Below, piece after piece: positions 28,203 through 37,768 of a DNA stretch of 64,000 bases. The position numbers were made by a program, and so were the translations under genes. Numbering within the stretch: the stretch's first letter is position 1; each line of letters opens with the position of its first letter. Origin of the DNA: Anaeromyxobacteraceae bacterium (GTDB lineage: Bacteria > Myxococcota > Myxococcia > Myxococcales > Anaeromyxobacteraceae); NCBI GenBank assembly GCA_032654565.1, contig JAULAX010000015.1, positions 128,001 through 192,000 on the forward strand, written 5' to 3'. The notes under the pieces are model-generated. The model ran no database searches and was not told the DNA's origin. It saw only the letters and a list, made by a program, of their open reading frames with translations.

Positions 28203-28218
28203 AGCATCGGTCGTGCCG
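28203..28218 (-). promoter_or_regulatory. Sigma54 (-24/-12) promoter for the cytochrome lipoprotein
   Basis: Minus strand CGGCACG-ACCG-ATGCT (GG-N10-GC), ending 13 nt before the ATG. Confidence 0.6.
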
Positions 28219-28372
28219 GCGAGGCCCCGCTTCAGGCCCTCCGGCCCAGGTCCCAGAGAGGACGTAAGTAAGCGTCTTGTTTCGGGTTTGTGACGCCCGA
28301 TGGGGCGTGCGGCGCGGGCGCGCCAAAATGCGTTCGCCTGCGGAACGCCCGCAAGCCTTGCGATCCGGCCGG

Positions 28373-30718
28373 TCAGCCGCCGGCTCGGCGGAGGAACCGG
28401 GCCAGCACCCGCTTCTCGCCCGCCTCCCAGAAGTGGACGGTCACCTTGGCCTCGCGCCCGGCGCCGTCGCAGGCCAGCACCTTCCCCTCGCCCAGCACCT
28501 CGTGGGAGACCGTGTCACCGCGAGTGAACGGACGACCGCCGGCCTCGGGGCGCTGGTCGAAGCTGTAGTCGACGGTCCGCCCCTCGCCCCCGGGCCGGGG
28601 GCGGGCCGGGCCGGGCTGGGCGTGGGGCGACAGCTCGTCGTCCACCTCGATGAACGGCTCCCCGGGCAGCGCGCCGGGGTGGCGGCGGATCACCGGTCCG
28701 CGCGCCACCGTCGGCGCGGCCGGGGCGGCGGCCAGCCCGAAGAGGGCCGGCGGCAGGTCGGCGAGGAAGCGCGAGGGCTCGCGGGACCGGTAGACGGCCC
28801 CGCCCTCGCCGTAGCTCATGCGCCGCCGCGCCAGCGACAGCGTCAGCCGGCGCTTGGCCCGGGTCATGCCCACGTAGCAGAGCCGCCGCTCCTCGTCCTC
28901 GGCCGCCTGCCGCTCGGCGCCGGTCGACTCGTCCCAGGGGCGCTCGTGGGGCAGGGTGCCGTCCTCGAGCCCGCTGAGGAAGACGGCCTCGAACTCCAGC
29001 CCCTTGGCGGCGTGGAGCGTCATCAGCGCCACCCGCCCCTCGGGCGTCTCGGCGTCGGCCTCGCCGAGCAGGGCGATCTGCTCGAGGAAGCGGGCCAGCG
29101 CCGGCGGCGGCACCGGCTCGTCGGGGTCGTGCGAGGGCGGCTGCTCCGCCAGCTGCTCGTCGAACTCGCGGGCCGCGGCCACCAGCTCCACCAGGTTCTC
29201 GCGCCGCTCCTCGGCCTCGTCGGTCCGCTCCGCCTCGAGCCGGCCCAGCAGGCCGGAGCGCTGCAGCGTCGCCTCCACGGCGTCGCCGGCGTCCTGCTGG
29301 CCCACCGTGGCGCCCAGGGCGGCCAGGGCGTCGTGCAGCTCGACCAGGGCCCGCCGCGCCTGCGGCTTCACCCCCTCGATCCCGGCCGCCTCGGCCAGGG
29401 CCTCGAAGAGCGAGCACCCTCGCTCGGCGGCGTGGGCCCGCAGCCGCTCCACGGTCTTCTCGCCGATGCCGCGCGGCGGCCGGTTGACGATCCGCTCCAG
29501 GTCGAGGTCGCTGCGCGGCGAGAGGGCGAGGCGCAGGTAGGCGGCGGCGTCCTTGACCTCGGCGCGGTCGTAGAAGCTGGTGCCGCGGACGATGACGTAG
29601 GGGATGCGGGCGCTGCGCAGCTGGGCCTCGATGGGGCGGGACTGCGCGTTGGTCCGGTAGAGCACGGCGATCTGGTCGCCGCGGGTGCCGCGGCCCCGCT
29701 CGGCGGCCACCGCCCGGGTGATCCGCTCCGCCTCGTCGTGCTCGTCCTGCCCCACCAGCAGCGCCAGCGGGTCGCCCGGGCCGGCCTCGGTCCAGAGCTT
29801 CTTCTCCCGCCGCACCGCGGCCTTCTCGATGACGGCGTGGGCGGCGTCGAGGATGTTGCGGGTGGAGCGGTAGTTGCGCTCCAGCTTCACCACCCGGCAG
29901 CCGGTGAAGTCGGCGTCGAAGCCGAGGATGTTGCGCACGTCGGCGCCGCGCCAGCGGTAGATGGCCTGGTCGTCGTCGCCGACCACGCAGATGTTCCGGG
30001 CGGCGCCGGTGAGGTGGGCCAGCAGCCGGTACTGCACCGGGTTGGTGTCCTGGAACTCGTCCACCAGCACGTGGCGGAAGCGCCCCGACCAGCGGGCCCG
30101 CAGCGCCTCGTCCTCCTCCAGCATGCGCAAGGGGCGCACCAGCAGGTCGCCGAAGTCGACGGCGCCGGCCCGGGCCAGCGCCGCCTCGTACTTCTGGTAG
30201 AGGTCGCGGGCCGCCCCGCCAGAGAGATCGTGGTGCGGCACCTTCACCCGGGCCGGGGTGGTGGCCTCGTTCTTCCAGGCGTCGATGCGCCAGAGCACCT
30301 TGCGCGGCGTCAGCTGGTCGTCCTCGTCGAGGCGGGCCTCGGCGAAGAGCCGCTTCATGAGGCGGAGCTGGTCGTCGGTGTCGTAGATGGCGAAGGCCGG
30401 CGGCAGGCCGGCCCGGGCCGCCTCGCGCCGCAGGAAGCGGGCCCCGAAGGCGTGGAAGGTCTGCACCCAGAGCTCCTGCGCCGCCAGGCCGAGCAGGAGC
30501 TGGAGCCGGGACTTCATCTCGCCGGCCGCCTTGTTGGTGAAGGTGACGGCGAGGACGTGCCAGGGGAGCACCCGCTCCTCCAGCACCAGCCGGGCGATGC
30601 GGCTGACGATGACCCGGGTCTTGCCCGAGCCGGCGCCGGCCAGCACCAGCAGCGGCCCGTCGCCGTGCAGCACCGCCTCGCGTTGCGGATCGTTCAGGCC
30701 GTCGAGCAGGTCGGACAT
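28373..30718 (-). CDS. pcrA: UvrD/PcrA family ATP-dependent DNA helicase
   Basis: AGAGSGKT, TFTNKAA, VDEFQDTN, VGDDDQAIYRWRGA, NYRST, TLHAAKGLEF and EERRLCYVGMTRA; C-terminal Tudor-like domain. Confidence 0.93.
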   Translation of the reverse strand: MSDLLDGLNDPQREAVLHGDGPLLVLAGAGSGKTRVIVSRIARLVLEERVLPWHVLAVTFTNKAAGEMKSRLQLLLGLAAQELWVQTFHAFGARFLRREAARAGLPPAFAIYDTDDQLRLMKRLFAEARLDEDDQLTPRKVLWRIDAWKNEATTPARVKVPHHDLSGGAARDLYQKYEAALARAGAVDFGDLLVRPLRMLEEDEALRARWSGRFRHVLVDEFQDTNPVQYRLLAHLTGAARNICVVGDDDQAIYRWRGADVRNILGFDADFTGCRVVKLERNYRSTRNILDAAHAVIEKAAVRREKKLWTEAGPGDPLALLVGQDEHDEAERITRAVAAERGRGTRGDQIAVLYRTNAQSRPIEAQLRSARIPYVIVRGTSFYDRAEVKDAAAYLRLALSPRSDLDLERIVNRPPRGIGEKTVERLRAHAAERGCSLFEALAEAAGIEGVKPQARRALVELHDALAALGATVGQQDAGDAVEATLQRSGLLGRLEAERTDEAEERRENLVELVAAAREFDEQLAEQPPSHDPDEPVPPPALARFLEQIALLGEADAETPEGRVALMTLHAAKGLEFEAVFLSGLEDGTLPHERPWDESTGAERQAAEDEERRLCYVGMTRAKRRLTLSLARRRMSYGEGGAVYRSREPSRFLADLPPALFGLAAAPAAPTVARGPVIRRHPGALPGEPFIEVDDELSPHAQPGPARPRPGGEGRTVDYSFDQRPEAGGRPFTRGDTVSHEVLGEGKVLACDGAGREAKVTVHFWEAGEKRVLARFLRRAGG

Positions 30719-30779
30719 CGAGGCCGGGGAACATAGCGCATGGGGGCGGCCGGCTCACCCCGGCGGGGGGGGGGCTCAC

Positions 30780-30834
30780 CCCGACCGAGGGTTCCGGCGC
30801 GCGGACCATGGTCCGCCATCCGGCCGGTCCGCGC
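30780..30834 (+). repeat. Repeat-family copy with a following hairpin in the pcrA/rnj divergent region
   Basis: CCCGACCGAGGGTTCCG (30780-30796), then GCGCGGACC...GGTCCGCGC. Confidence 0.8.
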
Positions 30835-31002
30835 TCGGCCGCGGCCAGGAAGATCAAGGCCCTGGCCCTGAGCGTCCTGCGGTGGGGGCTGCGCCCGGCC
30901 TCGTGGGAGGCCGAATCCGGGCGCGACGGAGGAGAGGCCGGGGAGACCCGGCCGTGGGGTCCCCGCCGGTCGCCCCGGCCCGCCCGGGGTAAGGTGCGCT
31001 CC

Positions 31003-32676
31003 GTGGCGGCGCCCGTCCATATCGTCCCGCTCGGCGGCCTCGGTGAGGTGGGCATGAACTGCCTCGCCGTCGAGGCCGGGGGCCGCATCGCCGTCATCGA
31101 CTGCGGCGTCCTCTTCACCGACGAGCCCTTCGGCGTCGACGTGCTCGCCCCCGACCTCGGCTGGCTCCTCGAGCGGCGCGAGCAGGTCGGCGCCGTGTTC
31201 CTCACCCACGGCCACGAGGATCACGTCGGCGCCCTCCCCTTCCTGCTGCGCCACCTGCCGGTGCCGGTCTACGGCACGCGCTTCACGCTGGCCATGGTGA
31301 AGGGCCGGCTGGAGGAGGCCGGGGTGAAGGCCGACCTGCGCGAGGTCGCCCCCGGCGACGTCTGCCCCGCCGGCGACGGCGCCCCGCTCCGGGCCGAGTT
31401 CATCGCCGTCACCCACTCCATCCCCGACGCCTGCGCGCTCAGCCTGACCACGCCGCAGGGGGTGATCGTCCACAGCGGCGACTTCAAGATCGACGAGCGG
31501 CCGGTGCGCGGCCCGGGCATGGACCTGGCGCGGCTGGCGGCGCTGGGGAAGGCCGGGGTCCGGCTGCTGCTCTCCGACTCCACCAACGCCGAGCGCCCCG
31601 GCTGGTCGCGCTCCGAGTCGGCGGTCGGCCCCGGGCTGCAGGACGCCATGGCCGAGGCCACCGGCCGGGTCTTCGTGGCCACCTTCTCCTCCAACGCCCA
31701 CCGGCTGCAGCAGGTGGTGGAGGCGGCGGCCAGCACCGGGCGCCGGCTGGCGCTGCTGGGCCGGGGCATGGTGCAGAACTTCGACATCGCCCGCGTGCTC
31801 GGCCAGCTCACCGAGCCGGGCTGGATGCCGGTGAACCCTGACGAGGCGCGCCGGCTGCCGCCGCGCGAGCTGGCGGTGCTGGTGACCGGCTCGCAGGGCG
31901 AGCCGCGGGCGGCGCTGGGGCGGCTGGCCCGCGGCGAGCACCCCGACCTCAAGGTCCACGCCGGCGACACCGTGCTCCTCTCCTCCCGCCAGATCCCCGG
32001 CAACGAGCTGCAGGTGGGGCGGCTGGTCAACGAGCTCTGCGCCCGCGGCGCCCTGGTGCGATGGGACGGCCACCCGCCGCTCCACGCCACCGGCCACGCC
32101 CAGGAGGCCGAGCAGCGCCGCCTGCTCCAGCTGGTCCGGCCCGAGCGCTTCATGCCCATTCACGGGGAGTACCGGCAGCTGGCCCGCCACGCCGCCCACG
32201 CCGCCGCAGAAGGCGTGGCGCCCGACCGCTGCCACCTGCTCACCGACGGCCAGGTGCTGGCGCTGGCCGACGACGGCGCCCGCATCCTCCCGGCCCGGGT
32301 CCGCAGCGGCCGGATCGCCCTGATCCGCGAGGAGGGGGGCACCGTCGAGGTCCCCGACCGGGTCATCGATGACCGCCGCGTGCTGGCCGAGTTCGGGCTG
32401 CTGCTGGTGGTGGTGGAGCTGGACGGCCGGAGCGGCGCGCTGCTCCGCGAGCCGGAGTTGCAGGCCCGCGGCGTGGCCGGGCTCGAGGGGCACGAGGCGG
32501 AGCTGGGCGGCGAGCTGCGGCGGGCGCTCGAGGAGCTGCCCGGCGAGCCACGGGCCCTCGGCGAGGCGGCCTGGCGGGCGGCGCGGGTCGAGGCGGTGCG
32601 GCTGGCGGCGCGGCGCTGGTTCCGCCGGACCACCGGGCGGCGCCCGCTGGTCGAGCCGGTGGTGGTGGTGCGGTGA
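31003..32676 (+). CDS. rnj: Ribonuclease J (GTG start)
   Basis: PLGGLGEVGMN, THGHEDHVG, THSIPD, HSGDFK, DSTNAE, GSQGEP and HATGH. Confidence 0.92.
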   Translation: MAAPVHIVPLGGLGEVGMNCLAVEAGGRIAVIDCGVLFTDEPFGVDVLAPDLGWLLERREQVGAVFLTHGHEDHVGALPFLLRHLPVPVYGTRFTLAMVKGRLEEAGVKADLREVAPGDVCPAGDGAPLRAEFIAVTHSIPDACALSLTTPQGVIVHSGDFKIDERPVRGPGMDLARLAALGKAGVRLLLSDSTNAERPGWSRSESAVGPGLQDAMAEATGRVFVATFSSNAHRLQQVVEAAASTGRRLALLGRGMVQNFDIARVLGQLTEPGWMPVNPDEARRLPPRELAVLVTGSQGEPRAALGRLARGEHPDLKVHAGDTVLLSSRQIPGNELQVGRLVNELCARGALVRWDGHPPLHATGHAQEAEQRRLLQLVRPERFMPIHGEYRQLARHAAHAAAEGVAPDRCHLLTDGQVLALADDGARILPARVRSGRIALIREEGGTVEVPDRVIDDRRVLAEFGLLLVVVELDGRSGALLREPELQARGVAGLEGHEAELGGELRRALEELPGEPRALGEAAWRAARVEAVRLAARRWFRRTTGRRPLVEPVVVVR

Positions 32677-32743
32677 GATAGGATGGCGCGGTCAACCCAG
32701 CCGCGGTGAGCTCCCCGCTGGCGACGATCCGACGGAGGACGAG

Positions 32744-33232
32744 ATGCCGAGCTTCGACGCCGTGAGCGAACTCAACATGATGGAGGTCGAGAACGCCTGG
32801 AACCAGGCCTGCAAGGAGCTGGCGCAGCGCTTCGACTTCAAGGGGACCTCCACGGTCATCGAGCGGACCAAGGAGCTCGACTTCCTCATCAAGGCCAACA
32901 GCGAGGGGCGGGCCGAGGCGGCCCTCGGCGTCCTGATGGAGAAGCTGGCCAAGCGCCAGGTCCCCATGAGCGGCCTCGACCCGCAGCCGGTCGAGCCCGC
33001 CGGCGGCGCCACCGTGCGGCAGCTCGTCAAGCTCAAGAAGGGACTCAAGTCGGAGGACGCCAAGAAGATCGTGGCGGTGCTCAAGGAGACCGGCCTCAAG
33101 CTCCAGGCCGCCATCCAGGGCGAGGCGGTGCGGGTCACCAGCAAGAAGCGCGACGACCTGCAGGCCGCCATGCAGGCCATCCGCGGCGCCGGCCTGCCCA
33201 TCCCCATCGTCTTCAACAACTTCAGGGACTGA
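32744..33232 (+). CDS. yajQ: YajQ family nucleotide-binding protein
   Basis: MPSFDAVSE, RFDFKG, IQGEAVRVTSKKRDDLQ and C-terminal NNFRD. Confidence 0.95.
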   Translation: MPSFDAVSELNMMEVENAWNQACKELAQRFDFKGTSTVIERTKELDFLIKANSEGRAEAALGVLMEKLAKRQVPMSGLDPQPVEPAGGATVRQLVKLKKGLKSEDAKKIVAVLKETGLKLQAAIQGEAVRVTSKKRDDLQAAMQAIRGAGLPIPIVFNNFRD

Positions 33233-33260
33233 CCCCGCCTGCAGGGACGGCTCCGGGGCA

Positions 33261-34226
33261 TCAACCCCGGGCCGGTCCCTGGCCCTCGGGCGCCGCCGAT
33301 GGCGTCCCGGGCGCGGGGCCCGTCCCCTCGGTGGGGAACACCGTCGCCCCCTGCTCCACCAGCAGGTCGATGAAGAGCCGGGTGCGGGGCGGCAGCCCGG
33401 ACCGGCTGGGGAAGACCACCCGGACCTCGAGCGGGGGCGGCGTCCACTCTGGGAGCACCCGGACCAGCCGTCCGCTGGCCACCAGGTCGGCCACCGTCAC
33501 CCGCGGCGCCGCCAGCACGCCGGCCCCGGCCCGCAGCGCCCCCAGCAGCGGGCCCATGTCGTTGCCGATGAGCCGGGGGACGATGGGCACCGCCACCTGG
33601 CGCCGCCCCCGCCGCAGCCGCCACTCCCGGGGCGTGCCCGGGCTGAGGGTGAGCAGCAGCGCGGGGTGGTCGGCCAGGTCCTCCGGCGTGGCCGGCGCCG
33701 GGCGCCCGGCCAGGTAGTCGCGCGAGGCGTAGAGGCCGGTGGGGACCCGGGCCAGCAGCCGGGTGACCCGCGTCGAGTCGGTGGGGTGGGCGTGGGCGAT
33801 GGCCAGGTCGACCCCGCGGCCCACCTGCCCGACCGGGTCGCTGACCGAGAGCAGCTCCATCCGGACCGCGGCGTGCCTGGAGAGGAAGAGGGCGGCCAGC
33901 GGCGCGATCCACTCCGCCATCAGGGTGGAGCCCGCCGCCACCCGGAGCAGGCCGCGGGGGGCGCCGCTCAGGCGGCCGATGGCGACGTCGGCCTCCTCGA
34001 GGTGCTCCTCGATGAGCCGCCAGCGCTTCAGCAGCGCCTCGCCCGCCTCGGTCACCGTCACCCGCCGGGTGGTCCGCTGCAGGAGCCGGATCCCCAGCCG
34101 GGCCTCCAGGGCCCGGACCCTGCGGCTCACCGTGGCCTTGGGCAGCCGCAGCGCCCGGGCCCCCTCGGTGAAGCTGCAGCGTGCCGCCACGGCGCCGAAG
34201 ATCGCGAGTTCGTTGAGGTTCGGCAT
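33261..34226 (-). CDS. LysR family transcriptional regulator (CrgA-like)
   Basis: N-terminal HTH SFTEGARALRLPKATVSRRVRALE...LLQRTTRRVTVTEAG. Confidence 0.92.
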   Translation of the reverse strand: MPNLNELAIFGAVAARCSFTEGARALRLPKATVSRRVRALEARLGIRLLQRTTRRVTVTEAGEALLKRWRLIEEHLEEADVAIGRLSGAPRGLLRVAAGSTLMAEWIAPLAALFLSRHAAVRMELLSVSDPVGQVGRGVDLAIAHAHPTDSTRVTRLLARVPTGLYASRDYLAGRPAPATPEDLADHPALLLTLSPGTPREWRLRRGRRQVAVPIVPRLIGNDMGPLLGALRAGAGVLAAPRVTVADLVASGRLVRVLPEWTPPPLEVRVVFPSRSGLPPRTRLFIDLLVEQGATVFPTEGTGPAPGTPSAAPEGQGPARG

Positions 34227-34244
34227 TGTCTCAGCCATGGGACA
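34227..34244. promoter_or_regulatory. Inverted repeat at the LysR start, probable autoregulatory site
   Basis: TGTCTCA-GCCA-TGGGACA next to an AT-rich divergent promoter. Confidence 0.5.
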
Positions 34245-34332
34245 GTTATTCTATATTGGTCGTCTTGCTGACACCACATGGATCCTCCACCCTGCGCCCG
34301 GATTTGAGGCAGCCACCGACGAGGGGGATCTG

Positions 34333-34920
34333 ATGCCAAAGAACGACGTGCAGGACGAGGTGGACCTCCAGGCGCTGCTCGCCCGGCTGAGCGACTGGGC
34401 CGAGGCGCTGGTGGCCGACCTGACGCCGGCCGAGCAGGAGCAGGCCTGGCTGGCCTCCATGGCGCTGCTGCGCCGGACCACCATCGATCCGTTCTTCGGC
34501 TGCCCGCTCCCGGTGGAGGCCTCCTTCGAGGCGGCGCTGCAGCGGCTGCGCGACGCCAAGGCCGGAGACCTGGTGGCCGCCGAGGCCTTCGACCGGCTGG
34601 TGCGCGAGGGCTACCTGGCGGCCCGCGAGGAGAGCCTGGCCAGCTTCACCTCCGGCCTCGACCAGGCCACGCGCCTGGCGGTGACGGCGCTGGCCTGCTT
34701 CTCCCACAGCACCCGGGGCCAGCCCCCCCAGGAGGCGGTCCTGCAGGCGCTGCGCGTCGCCTACGACCGCGCCCACGAGCCGGACCCGGCGCTGGCCCGG
34801 CGCTCCGACCAGATGCTGGCCACGGCGCTGCAGGAGGTCGAGGGCTCTGCGGCGCTGCGCCAGGCCGTGACCAGCTTCGTCACCGGCAACATGCGCACCC
34901 TCGAGGGGCTGCTCGACTAG
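34333..34920 (+). CDS. Hypothetical alpha-helical protein, divergent from LysR
   Basis: GAGGGGG RBS and strong GC3; no motif recognised. Confidence 0.75.
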   Translation: MPKNDVQDEVDLQALLARLSDWAEALVADLTPAEQEQAWLASMALLRRTTIDPFFGCPLPVEASFEAALQRLRDAKAGDLVAAEAFDRLVREGYLAAREESLASFTSGLDQATRLAVTALACFSHSTRGQPPQEAVLQALRVAYDRAHEPDPALARRSDQMLATALQEVEGSAALRQAVTSFVTGNMRTLEGLLD

Positions 34921-35033
34921 CGCTCGACCCTCGTCCGGATGGCACCCCGCGAGCGCCGGTCCGCTCTCCGCGGCAGGCGGCGCGGGAGCGGTCGGATTGC
35001 CCCGGCCGCCTCCCCCTGCTAGATCCCGCCGCG

Positions 35034-36443
35034 ATGTCCACCCGCGTCTACCTCCACACCCTCGGCTGCCCCAAGAACCGGGTCGACTCCGAGGTCATGC
35101 TCGGCACCCTCACCGAGGCCGGCTACCGGCTCGAGCAGGATCCGGCCAAGGCCGAGATCATCGTCGTCAACACCTGCGGCTTCATCGAGAGCGCCAAGGT
35201 GGAGTCGATCGAGGCCATCTGCGAGCTGGCCGAGCAGAAGCGGACCGGCCGCTGCAAGAAGCTGGTGGTGACCGGCTGCCTGGTGCAGCGCCACGCCGAG
35301 GAGCTGGCCCGCGAGCTGCCCGAGGTGGACCACTTCCTCGGCACCGGCGCCTACCAGGAGATCGCCGAGGTGGTGGCCGCCGCCCAGGCCGCCCGCCTGG
35401 TGGTCCCCGACCCGGACTTCGTCCACTCGGCCGCGAGCCCGCGCATCAACTCCATGGCGGCGCAGACCGCCTACCTGAAGATCTCCGAGGGCTGCGACAA
35501 CGCCTGCGCCTTCTGCATCATCCCCAAGCTGCGCGGCGCCCAGCGCTCCCGCACCGTCGACGACATCGTGGCCGAGGCCGGGCAGCTGGCCAGCCAGGGC
35601 ACGGTCGAGCTGTCGCTGGTGGCCCAGGACCTGACCGCCTTCGGCCAGGACCTGCCCGGCAAGGTGCGGCTCGTCGACCTGCTCCCCGAGCTCTGCGCCG
35701 TGGACGGCATCCGCTGGATCCGGCTCCACTACGCCTACCCCCGCGACTTCCCCCTGAAGCTGATGCAGGTGATGGCCCGCGAGCCGAAGATCGTGAAGTA
35801 CCTGGACATGCCGCTGCAACACTCCAGCGACCGGCTGCTGCGCACCATGAAGCGCGGCCGCGACTCGGCCTTCCTGCGCGACCTGCTGGCGCGGCTGCGC
35901 GGCGAGATCCCCGGGCTGGCGCTGCGCACCTCGCTGATCGTCGGCCTGCCCGGCGAGACCGAGGCCGACTTCAAGGACCTGCTCGGCTTCGTCGAGGAGC
36001 AGCGCTTCGAGCGGCTCGGCGTCTTCGAGTACTCGCCCGAGGACGGCACCCCGGCCGCCGAGATGTCCGGCCAGCTCACCGCGGCGGTGAAGCGGCGCCG
36101 CTTCGAGCGGATCATGGAGCTGCAGCGCGACATCTCCCGCGACCACCAGCAGGCCATGATCGGCCGCACCGTGGAGGTGCTGGTGGAGGGGCGCGCCGAG
36201 GAGACCGAGCACCTGCTGGCCGGCCGCCACGCCCAGCAGGCCCCGGAGATCGATGGCCTCACCTACGTCAACGACGGCGTCGCCTACCCCGGCGAGATCG
36301 TCCGGCTCGAGATCACCGACGCCAGCGACTACGACCTGGTGGGCCGGGTGGTGGGGCGCGACGCCGCCCGCGCCAGCCAGAAGCTCCCGGCCCCGAAGCG
36401 CCCGCCGCCGCCGAAGAAGCGCGGCCTGACCGTCCTGCGCTGA
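35034..36443 (+). CDS. rimO: Ribosomal protein S12 methylthiotransferase
   Basis: [17 protein letters not shown], radical [19 protein letters not shown] and APEIDG (TRAM). Confidence 0.96.
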   Translation: MSTRVYLHTLGCPKNRVDSEVMLGTLTEAGYRLEQDPAKAEIIVVNTCGFIESAKVESIEAICELAEQKRTGRCKKLVVTGCLVQRHAEELARELPEVDHFLGTGAYQEIAEVVAAAQAARLVVPDPDFVHSAASPRINSMAAQTAYLKISEGCDNACAFCIIPKLRGAQRSRTVDDIVAEAGQLASQGTVELSLVAQDLTAFGQDLPGKVRLVDLLPELCAVDGIRWIRLHYAYPRDFPLKLMQVMAREPKIVKYLDMPLQHSSDRLLRTMKRGRDSAFLRDLLARLRGEIPGLALRTSLIVGLPGETEADFKDLLGFVEEQRFERLGVFEYSPEDGTPAAEMSGQLTAAVKRRRFERIMELQRDISRDHQQAMIGRTVEVLVEGRAEETEHLLAGRHAQQAPEIDGLTYVNDGVAYPGEIVRLEITDASDYDLVGRVVGRDAARASQKLPAPKRPPPPKKRGLTVLR

Positions 36444-36984
36444 CCGGCACCCGCCGCCCCGCGCCGTCCGCCACCACGGCGCCGAGGCGCCCGTCCCCCG
36501 GGTTGGCCGCCGGGTGGAGGCCAGGCGGGCCGCCCGGGATCAGGCGCCCGTCAGTGAGCCGTCTTCGGGGCCGGCCCGGCCCCCCCCTGGCCAGGAGGTG
36601 GCTCTCCAGCAGGGAGCGGACGTGCCCGAGCAGCTCGGGGATCTTGTAGGGCTTGGCCAGGAAGTCCCTGGCGCCGGCCCCCAGCGCGCGGATCCAGTGA
36701 TCCGGCTGGGCGGTGATCACCAGGACCGGCAGGTCCGCCGACTTCTCGATGCGCCGGAGCCTCTTCATCACCTCGAAGCCGTCCATGCCCGGCATGTTGA
36801 GGTCGAGCAGGATCAGGTCGTAGTGGTTCTTGCGGTGGAGGTCGTAGACGCTGGCGGGGTCGAGCGTGGCGTCGACCGAGCCATACCCCTCTGCGCCGAG
36901 GATGCCCTTCAGCAGGAGGACATCGGGTGGCCGGTCGTCGACGATCAGGAGCCTGGCGTGGTGAAGCTCGGTTGAGTTGATCAT
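36313..36984 (-). CDS. Single-domain response regulator; the true 3' end is probably near 36551 (see findings)
   Basis: [28 protein letters not shown] and DFLAKP receiver motifs. Confidence 0.8.
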   Translation of the reverse strand: MINSTELHHARLLIVDDRPPDVLLLKGILGAEGYGSVDATLDPASVYDLHRKNHYDLILLDLNMPGMDGFEVMKRLRRIEKSADLPVLVITAQPDHWIRALGAGARDFLAKPYKIPELLGHVRSLLESHLLARGGPGRPRRRLTDGRLIPGGPPGLHPAANPGDGRLGAVVADGAGRRVPVSAGRSGRASSAAAGASGPGASGWRGRRRAPPPGPPGRSRWRR

Positions 36985-37247
36985 GTGCTGACCCCGTCAT
37001 GCGAGCTCGCTTCGGGTGGAACGGGGCGCTGCGGCTGGCCGGCGCTGCCGAGGCGGACGGCCGTGCCGACCCCCTCCGAGGCCGAGCCGGAGTCCTGGTC
37101 GACCTGGTGATGCGAGAGGGAGGCCAGGAGCGCCGCGCTCCCCTGGGCCTCCTGGGTGGTCGGGTCGAGGGCGCCGCAGGCGCTCAGCGAGGTGAGGAGG
37201 AGTGCGGCTCCGAGGGTGGAAAGGCCCAGCTGCTTCATCGAGAACAT
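36981..37247 (-). CDS. Small putative lipoprotein
   Basis: Signal peptide with lipobox LSAC; AGGAG RBS; ATGA overlap with the response regulator. Confidence 0.6.
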   Translation of the reverse strand: MFSMKQLGLSTLGAALLLTSLSACGALDPTTQEAQGSAALLASLSHHQVDQDSGSASEGVGTAVRLGSAGQPQRPVPPEASSHDGVST

Positions 37248-37450
37248 GTGTGCTCCTGGTGGTGCCTGGTCGGTCGTTCACCCTCGGCTCCGAGGGAGGG
37301 GGTGCGCGCGGCGCGGGGGTGGACCCCCGAGCGCTCGGGTGCAGCCATTCCTGGTTCAGCAAGGGGAGCTACTGCGGCTTCCATGCCCGGGGAGGTCACG
37401 AGTCGATACCCAGCAAGATCAGGGCCCTGCGTTGCAGGGAGATCGCGGAA

Positions 37451-37490
37451 TTATGGTATATGCGCCATAGTTATGGTTTGGACGCCATAG
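37451..37490. promoter_or_regulatory. Two tandem palindromic operator-like sites (TATGG-N8-CCATA)
   Basis: TTATGGTATATGCGCCATAG directly followed by TTATGGTTTGGACGCCATAG. Confidence 0.6.
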
Positions 37491-37673
37491 TCGGCGTCGG
37501 TGCCCGGCATCCGCCCCGGCACGCTCCAGGAGGCAGTGACCCGGCCACCGGTCGGGAGCCAGGGCCGTGCCGTCAGCGGATGGTCGCCGGTGGTGGTGCC
37601 GGCCCCGCCGTGGTCGACGGCCTCGTCGCTCGCCACCGCCTTCGCCCGCGGTCTGGCGTAGACTCCGGCGCCG

Positions 37674-37766
37674 ATGCGCCAACGCCTCGCCCTCCAGGCC
37701 GCCCTCGGGACCGGCGCCTTCCTCCTGCTCACGGCGCTGCTCTTCGCCGCCGCCCGGGCCAGCTGA
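37674..37766 (+). CDS. Putative 30-aa single-TM microprotein MRQRLALQAALGTGAFLLLTALLFAAARAS
   Basis: Nearly all codons end in G/C; TAGACT -10-like hexamer just upstream; stop lies 2 nt before the next ATG. Confidence 0.6.
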   Translation: MRQRLALQAALGTGAFLLLTALLFAAARAS

Positions 37767-37768
37767 CC

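Noticed and set aside
34926..34939. GACCCTCGTCCGGA as a tenth repeat copy (also CCCGACCGCG near 26791 and 54648)
   Set aside because: Too many mismatches to distinguish from chance in GC-rich DNA
37451..37490. Possible dif (XerCD) site
   Set aside because: Lacks the XerD arm TTATGTTAAAT and the 11-6-11 layout
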